From an uncultured Gemmatimonadales bacterium (GTDB taxonomy: Bacteria; Gemmatimonadota; Gemmatimonadetes; Longimicrobiales; RSA9): DNA of 64,000 nucleotides. Positions 27,349-36,207 of the stretch are shown here, piece by piece. The stretch is from NCBI GenBank assembly GCA_963741945.1, contig CAVUKA010000005.1, positions 224,001-288,000 on the forward strand, given 5' to 3'. Within the stretch, counting starts at the first letter, position 1, and each line of letters starts with the position of its first letter. A model generated the notes under the pieces. It was not told the origin of the DNA. It did not search any database and saw only the letters and a list, made by a program, of their open reading frames with translations. Made by a program: the position numbers and the translations under genes.

Positions 27349-28333
27349 ATCCGACGGCGTTGTACCCCGCACTACCCGCCGCCTTCCACGTCGCCCCGTC
27401 ATCCCGTGAGTACGCCGACCCGGAAGGGCCCACGGCCACCAGGAGCGGCGGATCGCTCCCCGGCACGTAGGCCACGCCGTACCACACGCCTGGGAGAGCG
27501 GCCGTGGAAACCGCCGACCAGCTCCGCCCTCCATCCCGAGTGGTCCCGAGGCGCACGGGCACGCTGGTGCTGTCGGTGTAGTCCCCGCCCACGATCACGC
27601 CGTGCAGCGTGTCCCGGAACGCTACGCCGAATATACCTGCGCTCGGTCCGGCCGGCAGCGGGGTGTCCGCGGCCGTCCAGGTGCGGCCGCCGTCGCGGCT
27701 CCGCAGGACCCGGGCCCGCGCGCCAGCGCCCGTGCCGATCCAGGCGTGGGTCGCGCCAGCCACGGCCACGGCCGTCCCGCTGGCCGCGAAACCACCCTCC
27801 CCATCCAGCGCGGCCGGGACCGACTCCGCCGGCACCCAGTGCTTCCCATCTTCCGTGCGTACGATCGTGAGCCGCCCCGCAACGGCATCCCCGAACGCCA
27901 CGCCGCGCCGCGCGTCCCAGAAAGCCATGCCGTCGTAGAACGCGTCCGGTCGATCGTCCTGGTAGACCACGCCCCAGCTCCGCCCGCCGTCGCCGGTCCG
28001 GTAGATCCGCGCCAGACCGCCATCGAAATGCGTTCCGAGCGCGAACGCCGCCAGAGAGTCCGCTGCGGCGACACCCACGATGAACAGCGACTCCGCGCCG
28101 GTGATCGTGTCCACGCGCCAGGGCGCGCCGGCTTCGCTCAGCCGTGCCACCACACCCCCGCGCCCGCCCAGCCAGACGCCGCCATGCCTCACCGCAGAGA
28201 CACCGCGGAACTCCGCGTCCGTGGGTGCCGGCCGCGCGTTCCAGGGGCGGGCGACCGTCACACCCGCGGCGCACGCCCACGCTGCCGCCACCACCGCGGC
28301 CAGCCCGATCGTCACTCGCATCCTGGATCGCAT
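27287..28333 (-). CDS. Secreted YCF48/BNR-repeat beta-propeller protein
   Basis: Signal peptide; T.DGG.SW repeats; FYD.MAFWD, FAASGT, VGGDY. Confidence 0.85.
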   Translation of the reverse strand: MRSRMRVTIGLAAVVAAAWACAAGVTVARPWNARPAPTDAEFRGVSAVRHGGVWLGGRGGVVARLSEAGAPWRVDTITGAESLFIVGVAAADSLAAFALGTHFDGGLARIYRTGDGGRSWGVVYQDDRPDAFYDGMAFWDARRGVAFGDAVAGRLTIVRTEDGKHWVPAESVPAALDGEGGFAASGTAVAVAGATHAWIGTGAGARARVLRSRDGGRTWTAADTPLPAGPSAGIFGVAFRDTLHGVIVGGDYTDSTSVPVRLGTTRDGGRSWSAVSTAALPGVWYGVAYVPGSDPPLLVAVGPSGSAYSRDDGATWKAAGSAGYNAVGFSRDGSGWAAGVNGLAAQWY

Positions 28334-28403
28334 GGCCGCATGATGGACTCGCCGCACGGGCCCCGCAACGGGGCGGCCGCAATCCTGCGAGAGCTGAGGG
28401 CCC

Positions 28404-29516
28404 ATGGACTGGAAGCGCGCACTCACGGAAGCCGCCTGGCTCACGGAGGAAGGCGCGGATCGACTTCGTCGCCGCGTCGATCGACTCCTCCGCCCCGGCC
28501 GCCCGGCCCGCGTGGAGCCCTACAGGAGCTACGGGACCCCGTCCCGGGTGCGTGTGCGAGGACGCGTCCTCCACGGCGAGGCGCCCGCCCCGGCCACCCC
28601 CTCCGACCCCTGGTGGCTGAACCTGGCGAACGCATACCGCCGGCTGGGGAGCGCCGAAGTGGCCGGCGCTCGACTGCGCGTCGCGTTCGCCGGCGACATC
28701 CGCGAGGCGAGATCGGACGATGAAGGGTTCTTCGCCGTCGACCTGGCCCCGACCATCCCCCTCGACCCGGACCGCCTCTGGCACCCCGCCAGCATCGAGC
28801 TTCTCGCGCCGCGGGGCACGGGAGCGCAGTCCGTGGTCGCCGTGCCGAACGGCGCGCGCTTCGGCATCATCAGCGACCTCGATGACACGGTCGTTCGCAC
28901 CGGCGCCACCAAGGTGCTCCGGATGGGGCGGGAGGTCCTGTTCGGGAATGTCCACACGCGCATGCCGTTCCCGGGCGTCGGCGCCTTCTACCGCGCGCTC
29001 CACATCGCCGCGGCCGGGGCCGGGGAGTTGAACCCCGTGTTCTACGTTTCCAGCAGCCCCTGGAACCTCTATGACCTCCTCGGCGAGTTCCTCCGCCTGC
29101 ACGGCATTCCGGCGGGGCCCATGGAGCTTCGCGACTGGGGGATCACGCGGGAGGAGATGCTGCCAGCCGGCCATCACCGCCACAAGCGCGCGGCCATCGA
29201 CCGGATCCTCGAGACCTACCCGACCCTGAGATTCCTTCTGGTGGGCGACAGCGGACAGCAGGACCCGGAGATCTACCGTGAAGTGGTGCACCAGCACCCG
29301 GGCCGGGTCCTGGCCATCTATATCCGCAGCGTGATCCCGGACGCCGACCGCATCCGCGCCGTCGATGACCTCGCCGCCGAGATGGCCCGCAACGGCGACG
29401 CCGAGCTCGTCCTCGTGCACGACACCCTCGAGGCCGCCAGCCACGCCGCCGCGCGGGGGTGGATCCGGGCAGCCGACGTCGATACCGTGGCCCGCACCCA
29501 GCGCAGTGAGCAGTGA
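28404..29516 (+). CDS. App1-family phosphatidate phosphatase (DUF2183)
   Basis: IISDLDDTV, FYVSSSPWNLY, LVGDSGQQDPEIY, AIYIR. Confidence 0.9.
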   Translation: MDWKRALTEAAWLTEEGADRLRRRVDRLLRPGRPARVEPYRSYGTPSRVRVRGRVLHGEAPAPATPSDPWWLNLANAYRRLGSAEVAGARLRVAFAGDIREARSDDEGFFAVDLAPTIPLDPDRLWHPASIELLAPRGTGAQSVVAVPNGARFGIISDLDDTVVRTGATKVLRMGREVLFGNVHTRMPFPGVGAFYRALHIAAAGAGELNPVFYVSSSPWNLYDLLGEFLRLHGIPAGPMELRDWGITREEMLPAGHHRHKRAAIDRILETYPTLRFLLVGDSGQQDPEIYREVVHQHPGRVLAIYIRSVIPDADRIRAVDDLAAEMARNGDAELVLVHDTLEAASHAAARGWIRAADVDTVARTQRSEQ

Positions 29517-29546
29517 GGGGCCCCCATCACGCCGGGGCCACGCCGG

Positions 29547-29807
29547 TCATTCCGGGGCGGATCGCCCGCCGTCCTGCTGCAGTCTCGACCGCAGCGCCTC
29601 CGCCAGCTCGTCCAGTCGGTCGGAACGGTCCTCGGCCAGCTCCACCAGCTTCTCGAGGTTGCGCCTCCCGGGGCGGCGACGACCCGTGGCCCACGAATAC
29701 AGCGCCGAATAGGACACGCCCGCTTCCTGGGCCACGTCCTCCATGCGCCCGGCGATCCCGTCCAGCAGATCGCTGATCAGGGCTGAGACGGCTTCCCCTT
29801 TGGCCAC
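29547..29807 (-). CDS. Small XRE/Cro-like helix-turn-helix protein
   Basis: GGAGG RBS and GTG; DVAQEAGVSYSALYSWATGRRRP HTH pattern. Confidence 0.7.
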   Translation of the reverse strand: MAKGEAVSALISDLLDGIAGRMEDVAQEAGVSYSALYSWATGRRRPGRRNLEKLVELAEDRSDRLDELAEALRSRLQQDGGRSAPE

Positions 29808-29976
29808 CTGTATCCTCCCCGTCCGGGCGCAGCGCGCGACCTCTCGCCCAGGACTTCGACATTGCGCTTCGTGTTCCCGCCCGGCGCGCGCGGCCCGCTG
29901 CGCCGGCAACCTTTCCCTCCCTCTCGCAAGAACTGTTCGCACCCGGCCGGAACACGGCTTCACCGGACCCCCAGCG

Positions 29977-30414
29977 CTACTCGTCGCGCTCCACCCGGCC
30001 CCGCAGCTTCTTGACGCGGCCCCGGTGCTTCTTCGCCCGGAGGCGCCGCTCCTTCGACGCCTTCGTGGGCCGCGTCGCCTTGCGCTTCTTGCGTGGCCGC
30101 AGCGCGTCCGCCACCAGCGCTGCGAACCGCTCCAGCACCTCTTCCCGGTTCCGGTGCTGGCTCCGGTGCGCGTCCGCCGACAGGTGCAGCACGCCCCCCG
30201 TGTCGATGCGGTTCCCCAGCCGCGACCGGATCAGCTGGCGACGTCGGTCCGTCAGCGACGCCGAGCCGTCCACGTCCCACGCCAGCTGCACGCGCGTCGC
30301 CGAGGTGTTCACGTGCTGCCCCCCCGGGCCGCCCGATCGTGTGGCCCGGAGCTCCAGCTCGGACGTGGGGATGCTCAGCCGCTGATTGATCCGAATCCGT
30401 CCGGGCTCATCCAT
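29977..30414 (-). CDS. arfB: Alternative ribosome rescue peptidyl-tRNA hydrolase
   Basis: RSGGPGGQHVN, RSQ.RNR, basic tail RKATRPTKASKERRL..KK. Confidence 0.95.
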   Translation of the reverse strand: MDEPGRIRINQRLSIPTSELELRATRSGGPGGQHVNTSATRVQLAWDVDGSASLTDRRRQLIRSRLGNRIDTGGVLHLSADAHRSQHRNREEVLERFAALVADALRPRKKRKATRPTKASKERRLRAKKHRGRVKKLRGRVERDE

Positions 30415-30662
30415 CGGTCCGCGGTGTGCGAGGAGTGTCTGGACGTTCGCGAGGCAAGCACCGAGCCGGCGCGCCATGGCGCGCCGGCTCGCGGACCGCC
30501 CCACAGGCGAAAATCAACTGCGGTGGGGCAAAACCCGCTCTCCGATATACGGGTCTCCCCGACAGACAGCCCGGGAAGCGCTCCGTATTATCTTACGGGG
30601 GGATTCTAACCCTGCAAATTCGGCTCGTCTCGAGCCGTCGCACCTTCCAGGAGGCCATTCAC

Positions 30663-32000
30663 ATGCCGGATACGCTCACCGTCGTTGATAATCGTACTGG
30701 GAAGCAGATCGAGCTCCCGATCACGCACGGGACCTACCCCGAGTATGGGTCCAATGCGCCCGCCGCTCCGCTTCGCCAGCTGAAGATCTCGGACGAGGAT
30801 TTCGGGCTGCTGTCCTACGACCCCGCGTTCAAGAACACGGCATCGTGCAGGAGCGCCATCACGTTCATTGATGGGGAGCGCGGCATCCTGCGGTATCGCG
30901 GCATCCCGATCGAGGAGCTGGCGGAGAACAGCAACTTCCTGGAATCGGCGTACCTGACGCTGTTCGGCGAGCTGCCCACGTCGGAGCAGCTCGAGGACTG
31001 GAACCACCACATCAAGCACCACACCTACACGCACGAGAACCTGAAGAAGTTCATCGACGGGTTCCATCACGACGCCCACCCCATGGGCATGTTCGTGAGC
31101 ACGGTGGCGGCGCTCTCCACGTTCTATCCGGAGGCGCGGAACATCCAGGATCCGGAAGTGCGGCAGAAGCAGATCGTGCGGCTCATTGCCAAGGTGCCCA
31201 CGGTCGCCGCGTTCGCGTACCGGCACAGCGTGGGACAGCCGTACGTCTATCCGGACAACGACCTCAGCTTCGCCGGCAACTTCCTGAACATGCTGTACAA
31301 GATGTCGGAGCCGAAGTACAAGCCGGATCCGATCCTGGAGAAGGTGCTCGACGTGCTCTTCATTCTGCACATCGACCACGAGCAGAACTGCAGCACCACC
31401 ACCATGCGGACCGTGGGCAGCTCCCACGCCGATCCGTACGTGGCGGTTTCGGCTGCGGCCGCGGCGCTCTACGGCCCGCTGCACGGCGGCGCGAACGAGA
31501 AGGTGCTGCGGATGCTGAACGAGATCGGCACGAAGGACCGGGTGGGCGAGTTCGTGAAGCGTGCGAAGGAGGGCGAGTTCCGCCTCATGGGCTTCGGTCA
31601 CCGCGTGTACAAGAACTACGACCCGCGCGCGAAGATCCTCCGGGAGCTGGCGCCGAAGGTGTTCGAGGTCACCGGGAAGGACCCGCTCCTCGACCTGGCG
31701 GTGGAGCTCGAGAAGATCGCCCTCGAGGACGAGTACTTCGTCAAGCGCAATCTGTATCCCAACGTGGACTTCTACTCGGGGATCATCTACAAGGCGCTCG
31801 GCTTCCCCGTGGACATGTTCCCGGTGCTGTTCGCCATCGGCCGCACCGTCGGCTGGCTGGCACAGTGGCAGGAGATGCTCATGGACCCGGAGCAGGCGAT
31901 CTCCCGTCCGCGGCAGATCTACACGGGCTACGACACGCGACCCTACGTGTCCATGGCGCAGCGCGGCCAGGAACCCGCCACGAGCGGCGCGAAGGGCTGA
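30663..32000 (+). CDS. gltA: Citrate synthase
   Basis: GGAGG RBS; ITFIDG..GILRYRG, DHEQNCST, GPLHGGANE, MGFGHRVYK, YPNVDFYSG. Confidence 0.98.
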   Translation: MPDTLTVVDNRTGKQIELPITHGTYPEYGSNAPAAPLRQLKISDEDFGLLSYDPAFKNTASCRSAITFIDGERGILRYRGIPIEELAENSNFLESAYLTLFGELPTSEQLEDWNHHIKHHTYTHENLKKFIDGFHHDAHPMGMFVSTVAALSTFYPEARNIQDPEVRQKQIVRLIAKVPTVAAFAYRHSVGQPYVYPDNDLSFAGNFLNMLYKMSEPKYKPDPILEKVLDVLFILHIDHEQNCSTTTMRTVGSSHADPYVAVSAAAAALYGPLHGGANEKVLRMLNEIGTKDRVGEFVKRAKEGEFRLMGFGHRVYKNYDPRAKILRELAPKVFEVTGKDPLLDLAVELEKIALEDEYFVKRNLYPNVDFYSGIIYKALGFPVDMFPVLFAIGRTVGWLAQWQEMLMDPEQAISRPRQIYTGYDTRPYVSMAQRGQEPATSGAKG

Positions 32001-32051
32001 GCTGCCGTTGCGGCCACGGGCGCGCTCGCGCTCGTGGCGCACGCTTCTCCG

Positions 32052-32080
32052 GAGGGGGCGCGGACGGTCCGCGCCCCCTC
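32052..32080 (+). terminator. GC hairpin after gltA
   Basis: GAGGGGGCGCGGA-CGG-TCCGCGCCCCCTC; weak U-tract. Confidence 0.55.
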
Positions 32081-32112
32081 TCTCGCGTCCGAGCCGGCGC
32101 CGCAGAACACTG

Positions 32113-32142
32113 TTGACGCCACACCTCACCCGTCCCTACTTG
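32113..32142 (+). promoter_or_regulatory. Possible sigma70-like promoter
   Basis: TTGACG-N18-TACTTG upstream of the 32230 ORF. Confidence 0.3.
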
Positions 32143-32229
32143 GAAGCACTCCCGTCCCGGCCCCTGCCCGCGCGCGCTGACGCGCCGGGCGCTCGACGGA
32201 ACCCGATTCCCCCACCAACGGAGGCTCGG

Positions 32230-32700
32230 ATGCGCGACATCAACGTCAAGCGTGTCATCGGCGGTGGACTCCTGGCGGGCCTGGTCATCAACGTCAGCGA
32301 GACCATCCTCAACGTGGGGGTCCTCGGCGACCAGATGGCGGCGGCCATGGAGCGGTTGAACATCGCCATGGCACCCTGGGCCATGCCCTATTTCCTCACC
32401 ATGGCCTTCCTTTTCGGCATCGGCATCGTCGGCCTCTACGCGGCCGTACGTCCACGCTTCGGCGCCGGGCCCCGGACCGCGATCGGCGTGGGCGCCGCCT
32501 TCTGGATCTTCGCCACCCTCCTCCCGGGGCTGGCCAACGTGGCCATGGGGATGAGCGCGGGGTTCGAAGGCGCCACGGCGCTCACCTTCGCCTGGACCCT
32601 GGTCGAGGCCATGGTGGCCGCCCTCGTCGGCGGCTGGGTCTACCAGGAAGGCGCATCCTCCGCCGCGCCCGGCCGAACGGGGGTGGCGGCCGGCTCCTGA
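32230..32700 (+). CDS. Hypothetical 4-TM membrane protein
   Basis: GGAGG RBS; IN.KRVI.GGLLAG.VIN, LYAA.RPRFGAGP.TA. Confidence 0.8.
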   Translation: MRDINVKRVIGGGLLAGLVINVSETILNVGVLGDQMAAAMERLNIAMAPWAMPYFLTMAFLFGIGIVGLYAAVRPRFGAGPRTAIGVGAAFWIFATLLPGLANVAMGMSAGFEGATALTFAWTLVEAMVAALVGGWVYQEGASSAAPGRTGVAAGS

Positions 32701-32760
32701 GCGAGCACCGCGCGACCGGGCATACGCGTCCGACCGCCCCCCGGGCCGCATCGCCCCGCA

Positions 32761-32958
32761 GCAGGGATCCCTGACGGCAGGGGGCCCGGACGGCGCAGGG
32801 GGCCCGGGCGGCGCGGGGGCCGCCGGACGGCGCCGGGGGCCCGGGCGGCGCGGGGGCCGCCGGACGGCGCAGGGATCCCGGACGGCGCAGGGATCCCGGA
32901 CGGCGCAGGGATCCCGGACGGCGCAGGGGGCCGTCGGACGGCGCAGAGATGCCGGACG
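32761..32958. repeat. Minisatellite, about 11 copies of an 18-20-nt unit (GCAGGGATCCCGGACGGC and variants)
   Basis: Directly visible tandem units with no unique spacers. Confidence 0.9.
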
Positions 32959-33014
32959 GATGGGCGTCGCCGCAGGGCCGCCGTCGTTTGCCCGGGCCGC
33001 CCCCCTGCCCGAGG

Positions 33015-33199
33015 CCAGTGAACGATTTCCGGCATCTACCGCCGTCAATCGTTCACTGGACGCCCCCGGTCTCCGTCGCCTGTACGATCACCGGCACATA
33101 CCGCCGTCGATCGTTCACTGGACGCCCCGGTCTCCATCGGCTGTACGCCCTGGCCTCCATCGGCGGACGCCCCGGTCTCCATCGGCTGTACGATCACCC
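33015..33199. repeat. About 62-nt direct repeat (2 copies plus a partial) with a 13-bp inverted copy of its core
   Basis: Units start at 33029 and 33091, partial at about 33165; CCAGTGAACGATT (33015-27) pairs with AATCGTTCACTGG (33047-59). Confidence 0.8.
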
Positions 33200-33208
33200 G
33201 AAGCCGGG

Positions 33209-33239
33209 TCTGAGACGTGGCCCGGGGCCGCGTCTCAGA
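33209..33239 (-). terminator. Hairpin overlapping the stop of the 33235..33690 gene
   Basis: TCTGAGACGTGGCC...GGCCGCGTCTCAGA. Confidence 0.5.
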
Positions 33240-33690
33240 AACGCTCCCCCTTCGCCTCCCGGAGGTGGCTCCCCACGGGGCGGATCCGCGTCCACATCGT
33301 CCAGAAATAGAAGAGCAGCCCCACCATCTGGCCCACTCCGCCGATCACGATCGCCCAGCCGAGCCACGGCCACGACAGCCACGCCCGCGCAGACTCCGTC
33401 ACCACCCGCAGACCCGTTGCCGTCACCAGGATCCAGTACGATGCCGCCGCCCGACCGGGGGTGTACCGCGTGTCTCCCTTCGCCGCCCGCGGGAAAAGCC
33501 ACAGCGCCACGCCCAGGATCAGGAACATGACGAAGCCCACCAGAACGGCGTGCACGTGGGCCGAAACCAGGTGCGGGTCCGGCCAGCGGCCCAGCAGATC
33601 CCGCTGCACCATGAGCCACACCCCCATTCCCAGCCCCAGCGCGAGGAAGACGATGCCGGTCTTGATGAACCGCCGTACGAGAGTGTACAT
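33235..33690 (-). CDS. Small 4-TM protein resembling a haem-copper oxidase subunit I / NnrS-like repeat
   Basis: SAHVH..LVGF....I.GVA.W.FPR motif; divergent from Rrf2. Confidence 0.6.
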   Translation of the reverse strand: MYTLVRRFIKTGIVFLALGLGMGVWLMVQRDLLGRWPDPHLVSAHVHAVLVGFVMFLILGVALWLFPRAAKGDTRYTPGRAAASYWILVTATGLRVVTESARAWLSWPWLGWAIVIGGVGQMVGLLFYFWTMWTRIRPVGSHLREAKGERF

Positions 33691-33761
33691 GGTGAGACAC
33701 GGAGGTGCGGGTTATTTTACGTCACCACTCTATGACAAATCCCCCCGGAATGGGAGGGGCG

Positions 33762-34211
33762 ATGCTGTCCAATACGGCGGAGTACGCACTGCGCGCCATG
33801 ATCTACCTCGGTGAGCGGGAAGGTGGCGAGCGGGTGCGGGTCGAGGAGATATCGGACGCGCTGGATGTGCCGCGCAATTACCTGTCGAAAATCCTGCACG
33901 CGCTGGTGAAGGAGGGTGTGCTGCGGTCGGTGCGGGGGCCACGCGGCGGGTTCGAGCTGGCTGTGCCCGCGGCAACGGTGTCGCTGTATGACGTCGTGCA
34001 GCCGTTCCAGGACATCGAGGCGCGCCAGACGTGCCTGCTGGGACGGAAGGAGTGCAGCGACCGCAATCCATGCTCGGTGCACCACAGGTGGCGGGACACG
34101 GCCACGCATGTGGCGGCGTTCTTCCGGGAGACGAAGCTGGCGGACGTGGTGGAGGACGCGACGCGACTCGGGGGCGTGATGGGTCGGGGGAGCGCAGCGC
34201 CCGCCGGGTGA
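33762..34211 (+). CDS. Rrf2-family transcriptional regulator with Fe-S ligands
   Basis: EYALRA, YLSKIL..L, S.RGPRGGF.L, C-x6-C-x5-C-x2-H. Confidence 0.93.
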   Translation: MLSNTAEYALRAMIYLGEREGGERVRVEEISDALDVPRNYLSKILHALVKEGVLRSVRGPRGGFELAVPAATVSLYDVVQPFQDIEARQTCLLGRKECSDRNPCSVHHRWRDTATHVAAFFRETKLADVVEDATRLGGVMGRGSAAPAG

Positions 34212-34324
34212 CACGCGCCGGAGCTCCGCGGATGGACCGTCAGGAAATCAAGGATTCCCCCACAGACGGATCGGCGGCCCGGTCGTAGGCTCAGATTTCC
34301 ACGCACAGCGACCGGAGCGCCGAC

Positions 34325-34777
34325 ATGGATGAGAAGGAATTCACGCTGACGCTGAATCTGGAAGAGGGCTTCAAGTTCGACACGGAGTTCGACGGGGAGA
34401 AGATGGCGAACCTCCTCTTCGACGAGCCTTCGCCCCTGGGCGAGGACGAAGGGCCCAACGCGGCACGGGTCCTCGGGGCGGCGGTGGGCAACTGCCTGAG
34501 CGCGAGCCTCCTGTTCTGTCTCAAGAAGGCACGCGTGGACGTGGAGGGGATGCGCACTGAAGTGAAGGGCCGGATCGTGCGGAACGAGAAGGGCCGCTTT
34601 CGGCTGGAGAACATCAGCACGCGTCTCATCACCGCGGTGCCCCCCGAGCAGCAGGAGCGGGTCGGCCGCTGCCTGGCCGTGTTCGAGGACTTCTGCATCG
34701 TGAGCGCGAGCGTGCGCCAGGGCATCGAGATCGACGTGGAAGTCGATGTGGTGAATCCGGCCCCCTCGGACGCCTGA
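34325..34777 (+). CDS. OsmC-family protein
   Basis: DEP.PLG...GPN, AAVGNCLSASL, FEDFCIVS.SVR.GI. Confidence 0.88.
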   Translation: MDEKEFTLTLNLEEGFKFDTEFDGEKMANLLFDEPSPLGEDEGPNAARVLGAAVGNCLSASLLFCLKKARVDVEGMRTEVKGRIVRNEKGRFRLENISTRLITAVPPEQQERVGRCLAVFEDFCIVSASVRQGIEIDVEVDVVNPAPSDA

Positions 34778-34812
34778 ACGAGAAGCGCTCCGGCTGGGGC
34801 GCGGCCACCTCA

Positions 34813-34925
34813 TCCAGTCAGCCGGCCGCGCGGACACCGCGTCCGGTCAGCCGGCCGGGCGGGCACCGCGTCCGAGCCGGTCGGGCGGCCATCTCGTCCG
34901 GTCAGCCGGCCGCGCGGGCGCCCTC
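34813..34925. repeat. About 29-nt tandem repeat x4, the last copy containing the ppa stop codon
   Basis: TCCGGTCAGCCGGCCG(C/G)GCGG..ACCGCG units at 34813, 34842, 34871, 34897. Confidence 0.75.
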
Positions 34926-35441
34926 TTCCTCGTAGCGCTGAATGGCGCGTCGGATGGCGACGTATGCCGCCTCTCGCCCGTGCCATCCACCCGTGGTGGT
35001 TTCCTTCCCCTCGAGCTCCTTGTAGACGGCGAAGAAATGGTCGATCTCCCGCAGCGTGTGCGGCGAGACATCGTCCAGGTCGTGGTACTCCTCCATGAAC
35101 GGATCGGAGACGGGAACGGCGAGGACCTTGTTGTCACGCCCCTTCTCGTCTCGCATCTCGAACATCCCCAGCGGCCGCACTTCCATCAGGCAGCCCGGGA
35201 ACGTGGGGGCGGTGATGAGGATCAGCACGTCCAGGGGGTCGCCATCCTCCGCCAGTGTGCGAGGCACGAACCCGTAATCGCCCGGATAGTGGACGGCGCT
35301 GTACAGGAGCCGATCGAACCGGAGCAATCCGGTGTACTCGTCCACTTCGTACTTGTTGCGGGAGCCACGCGGAATCTCCACGTAAGCGTTCACCCGCCCG
35401 GGCACGTCCGGCCCGGAGTCCAGATCGTGGATCGGGTGCAT
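34902..35441 (-). CDS. ppa: Inorganic pyrophosphatase (family I)
   Basis: EIPRGSRNKYE, YP.DYGF.P.T, DGDPLDVL, FF..YK.LEGK. Confidence 0.97.
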   Translation of the reverse strand: MHPIHDLDSGPDVPGRVNAYVEIPRGSRNKYEVDEYTGLLRFDRLLYSAVHYPGDYGFVPRTLAEDGDPLDVLILITAPTFPGCLMEVRPLGMFEMRDEKGRDNKVLAVPVSDPFMEEYHDLDDVSPHTLREIDHFFAVYKELEGKETTTGGWHGREAAYVAIRRAIQRYEEEGARAAG

Positions 35442-35445
35442 GCGC

Positions 35446-36096
35446 TCACATGACCCGTCGGAGCGCCTGCGTGGCGGCCGCCGTCACCGCGCCATACACG
35501 AGATGCGCGCCCAGAGCGGTTGCGTGCTCCTGCCATCGGTGCGCCGTGGGGCCTTCCGACAGGCCGAGCAGCGGCACCATCACTTCGTCGCCGAGGACCC
35601 AGGCGGCCGTGCCATAGCCCAACCCGCCCGTGAGGTCGGGCAGCTCCGCCTCCGGCCGCAACGCGCCGTAGACTCCGCCCAGGAGAATTCCGTAGCCCCA
35701 GTGGACCGCCTGTCCCAGCTTCTGGCGCGTCGCCTCGTCCGGATCGTGGCCCACCATCGTGTCGTACGCGATCCGGCCCACGGCCTCCGTCGCGTTCTCG
35801 TCCTCGCGCGCGGCATGGCCCACCGCGGAGATGTCGTCCAGCGCGTGGATCCGCTCGATCGGCCCTTCATCCCGCGCAGCCTCGCCCGCCTGCCCGTCCT
35901 CGCCAGTGCGTCCATGCTCGGCGCCCTGCCCAGACTCGGCGCCCCGCCCGTCCTCGCCCTGGCTGTCCCGGCCATCCGAGGCGGCGCTGAGCTTCGCGGT
36001 CGCGCGGAAGAACAGGCCCATGGCCGCTATCCCCGCAATGCTTCCGACCGCGCCGCGCAGCAATCCGTTCACGTGCTCCCGATCCATGATGTCCAT
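35446..36096 (-). CDS. Membrane protein, DUF1440-like
   Basis: VHW.YG...G..YG, H.VYG motifs with TM segments. Confidence 0.6.
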   Translation of the reverse strand: MDIMDREHVNGLLRGAVGSIAGIAAMGLFFRATAKLSAASDGRDSQGEDGRGAESGQGAEHGRTGEDGQAGEAARDEGPIERIHALDDISAVGHAAREDENATEAVGRIAYDTMVGHDPDEATRQKLGQAVHWGYGILLGGVYGALRPEAELPDLTGGLGYGTAAWVLGDEVMVPLLGLSEGPTAHRWQEHATALGAHLVYGAVTAAATQALRRVM

Positions 36097-36207
36097 ACGA
36101 CCGTGCTCCCTCCGGTAGCGTGGCGACTGGTCTCGCGGACGGAAGGGATTGGATAATCCGTGCCAGGGGGCTCGGCGCCGGCGAGGCCGCGGAGCCGAGC
36201 CCGCCGC

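Noticed and set aside
32761-33199. Repeat cluster as a CRISPR or as coding ORFs (32640..33035, 32949..33530, 32960..33310)
   Set aside because: No unique spacers; translations are low-complexity products of the repeats with no RBS or domain
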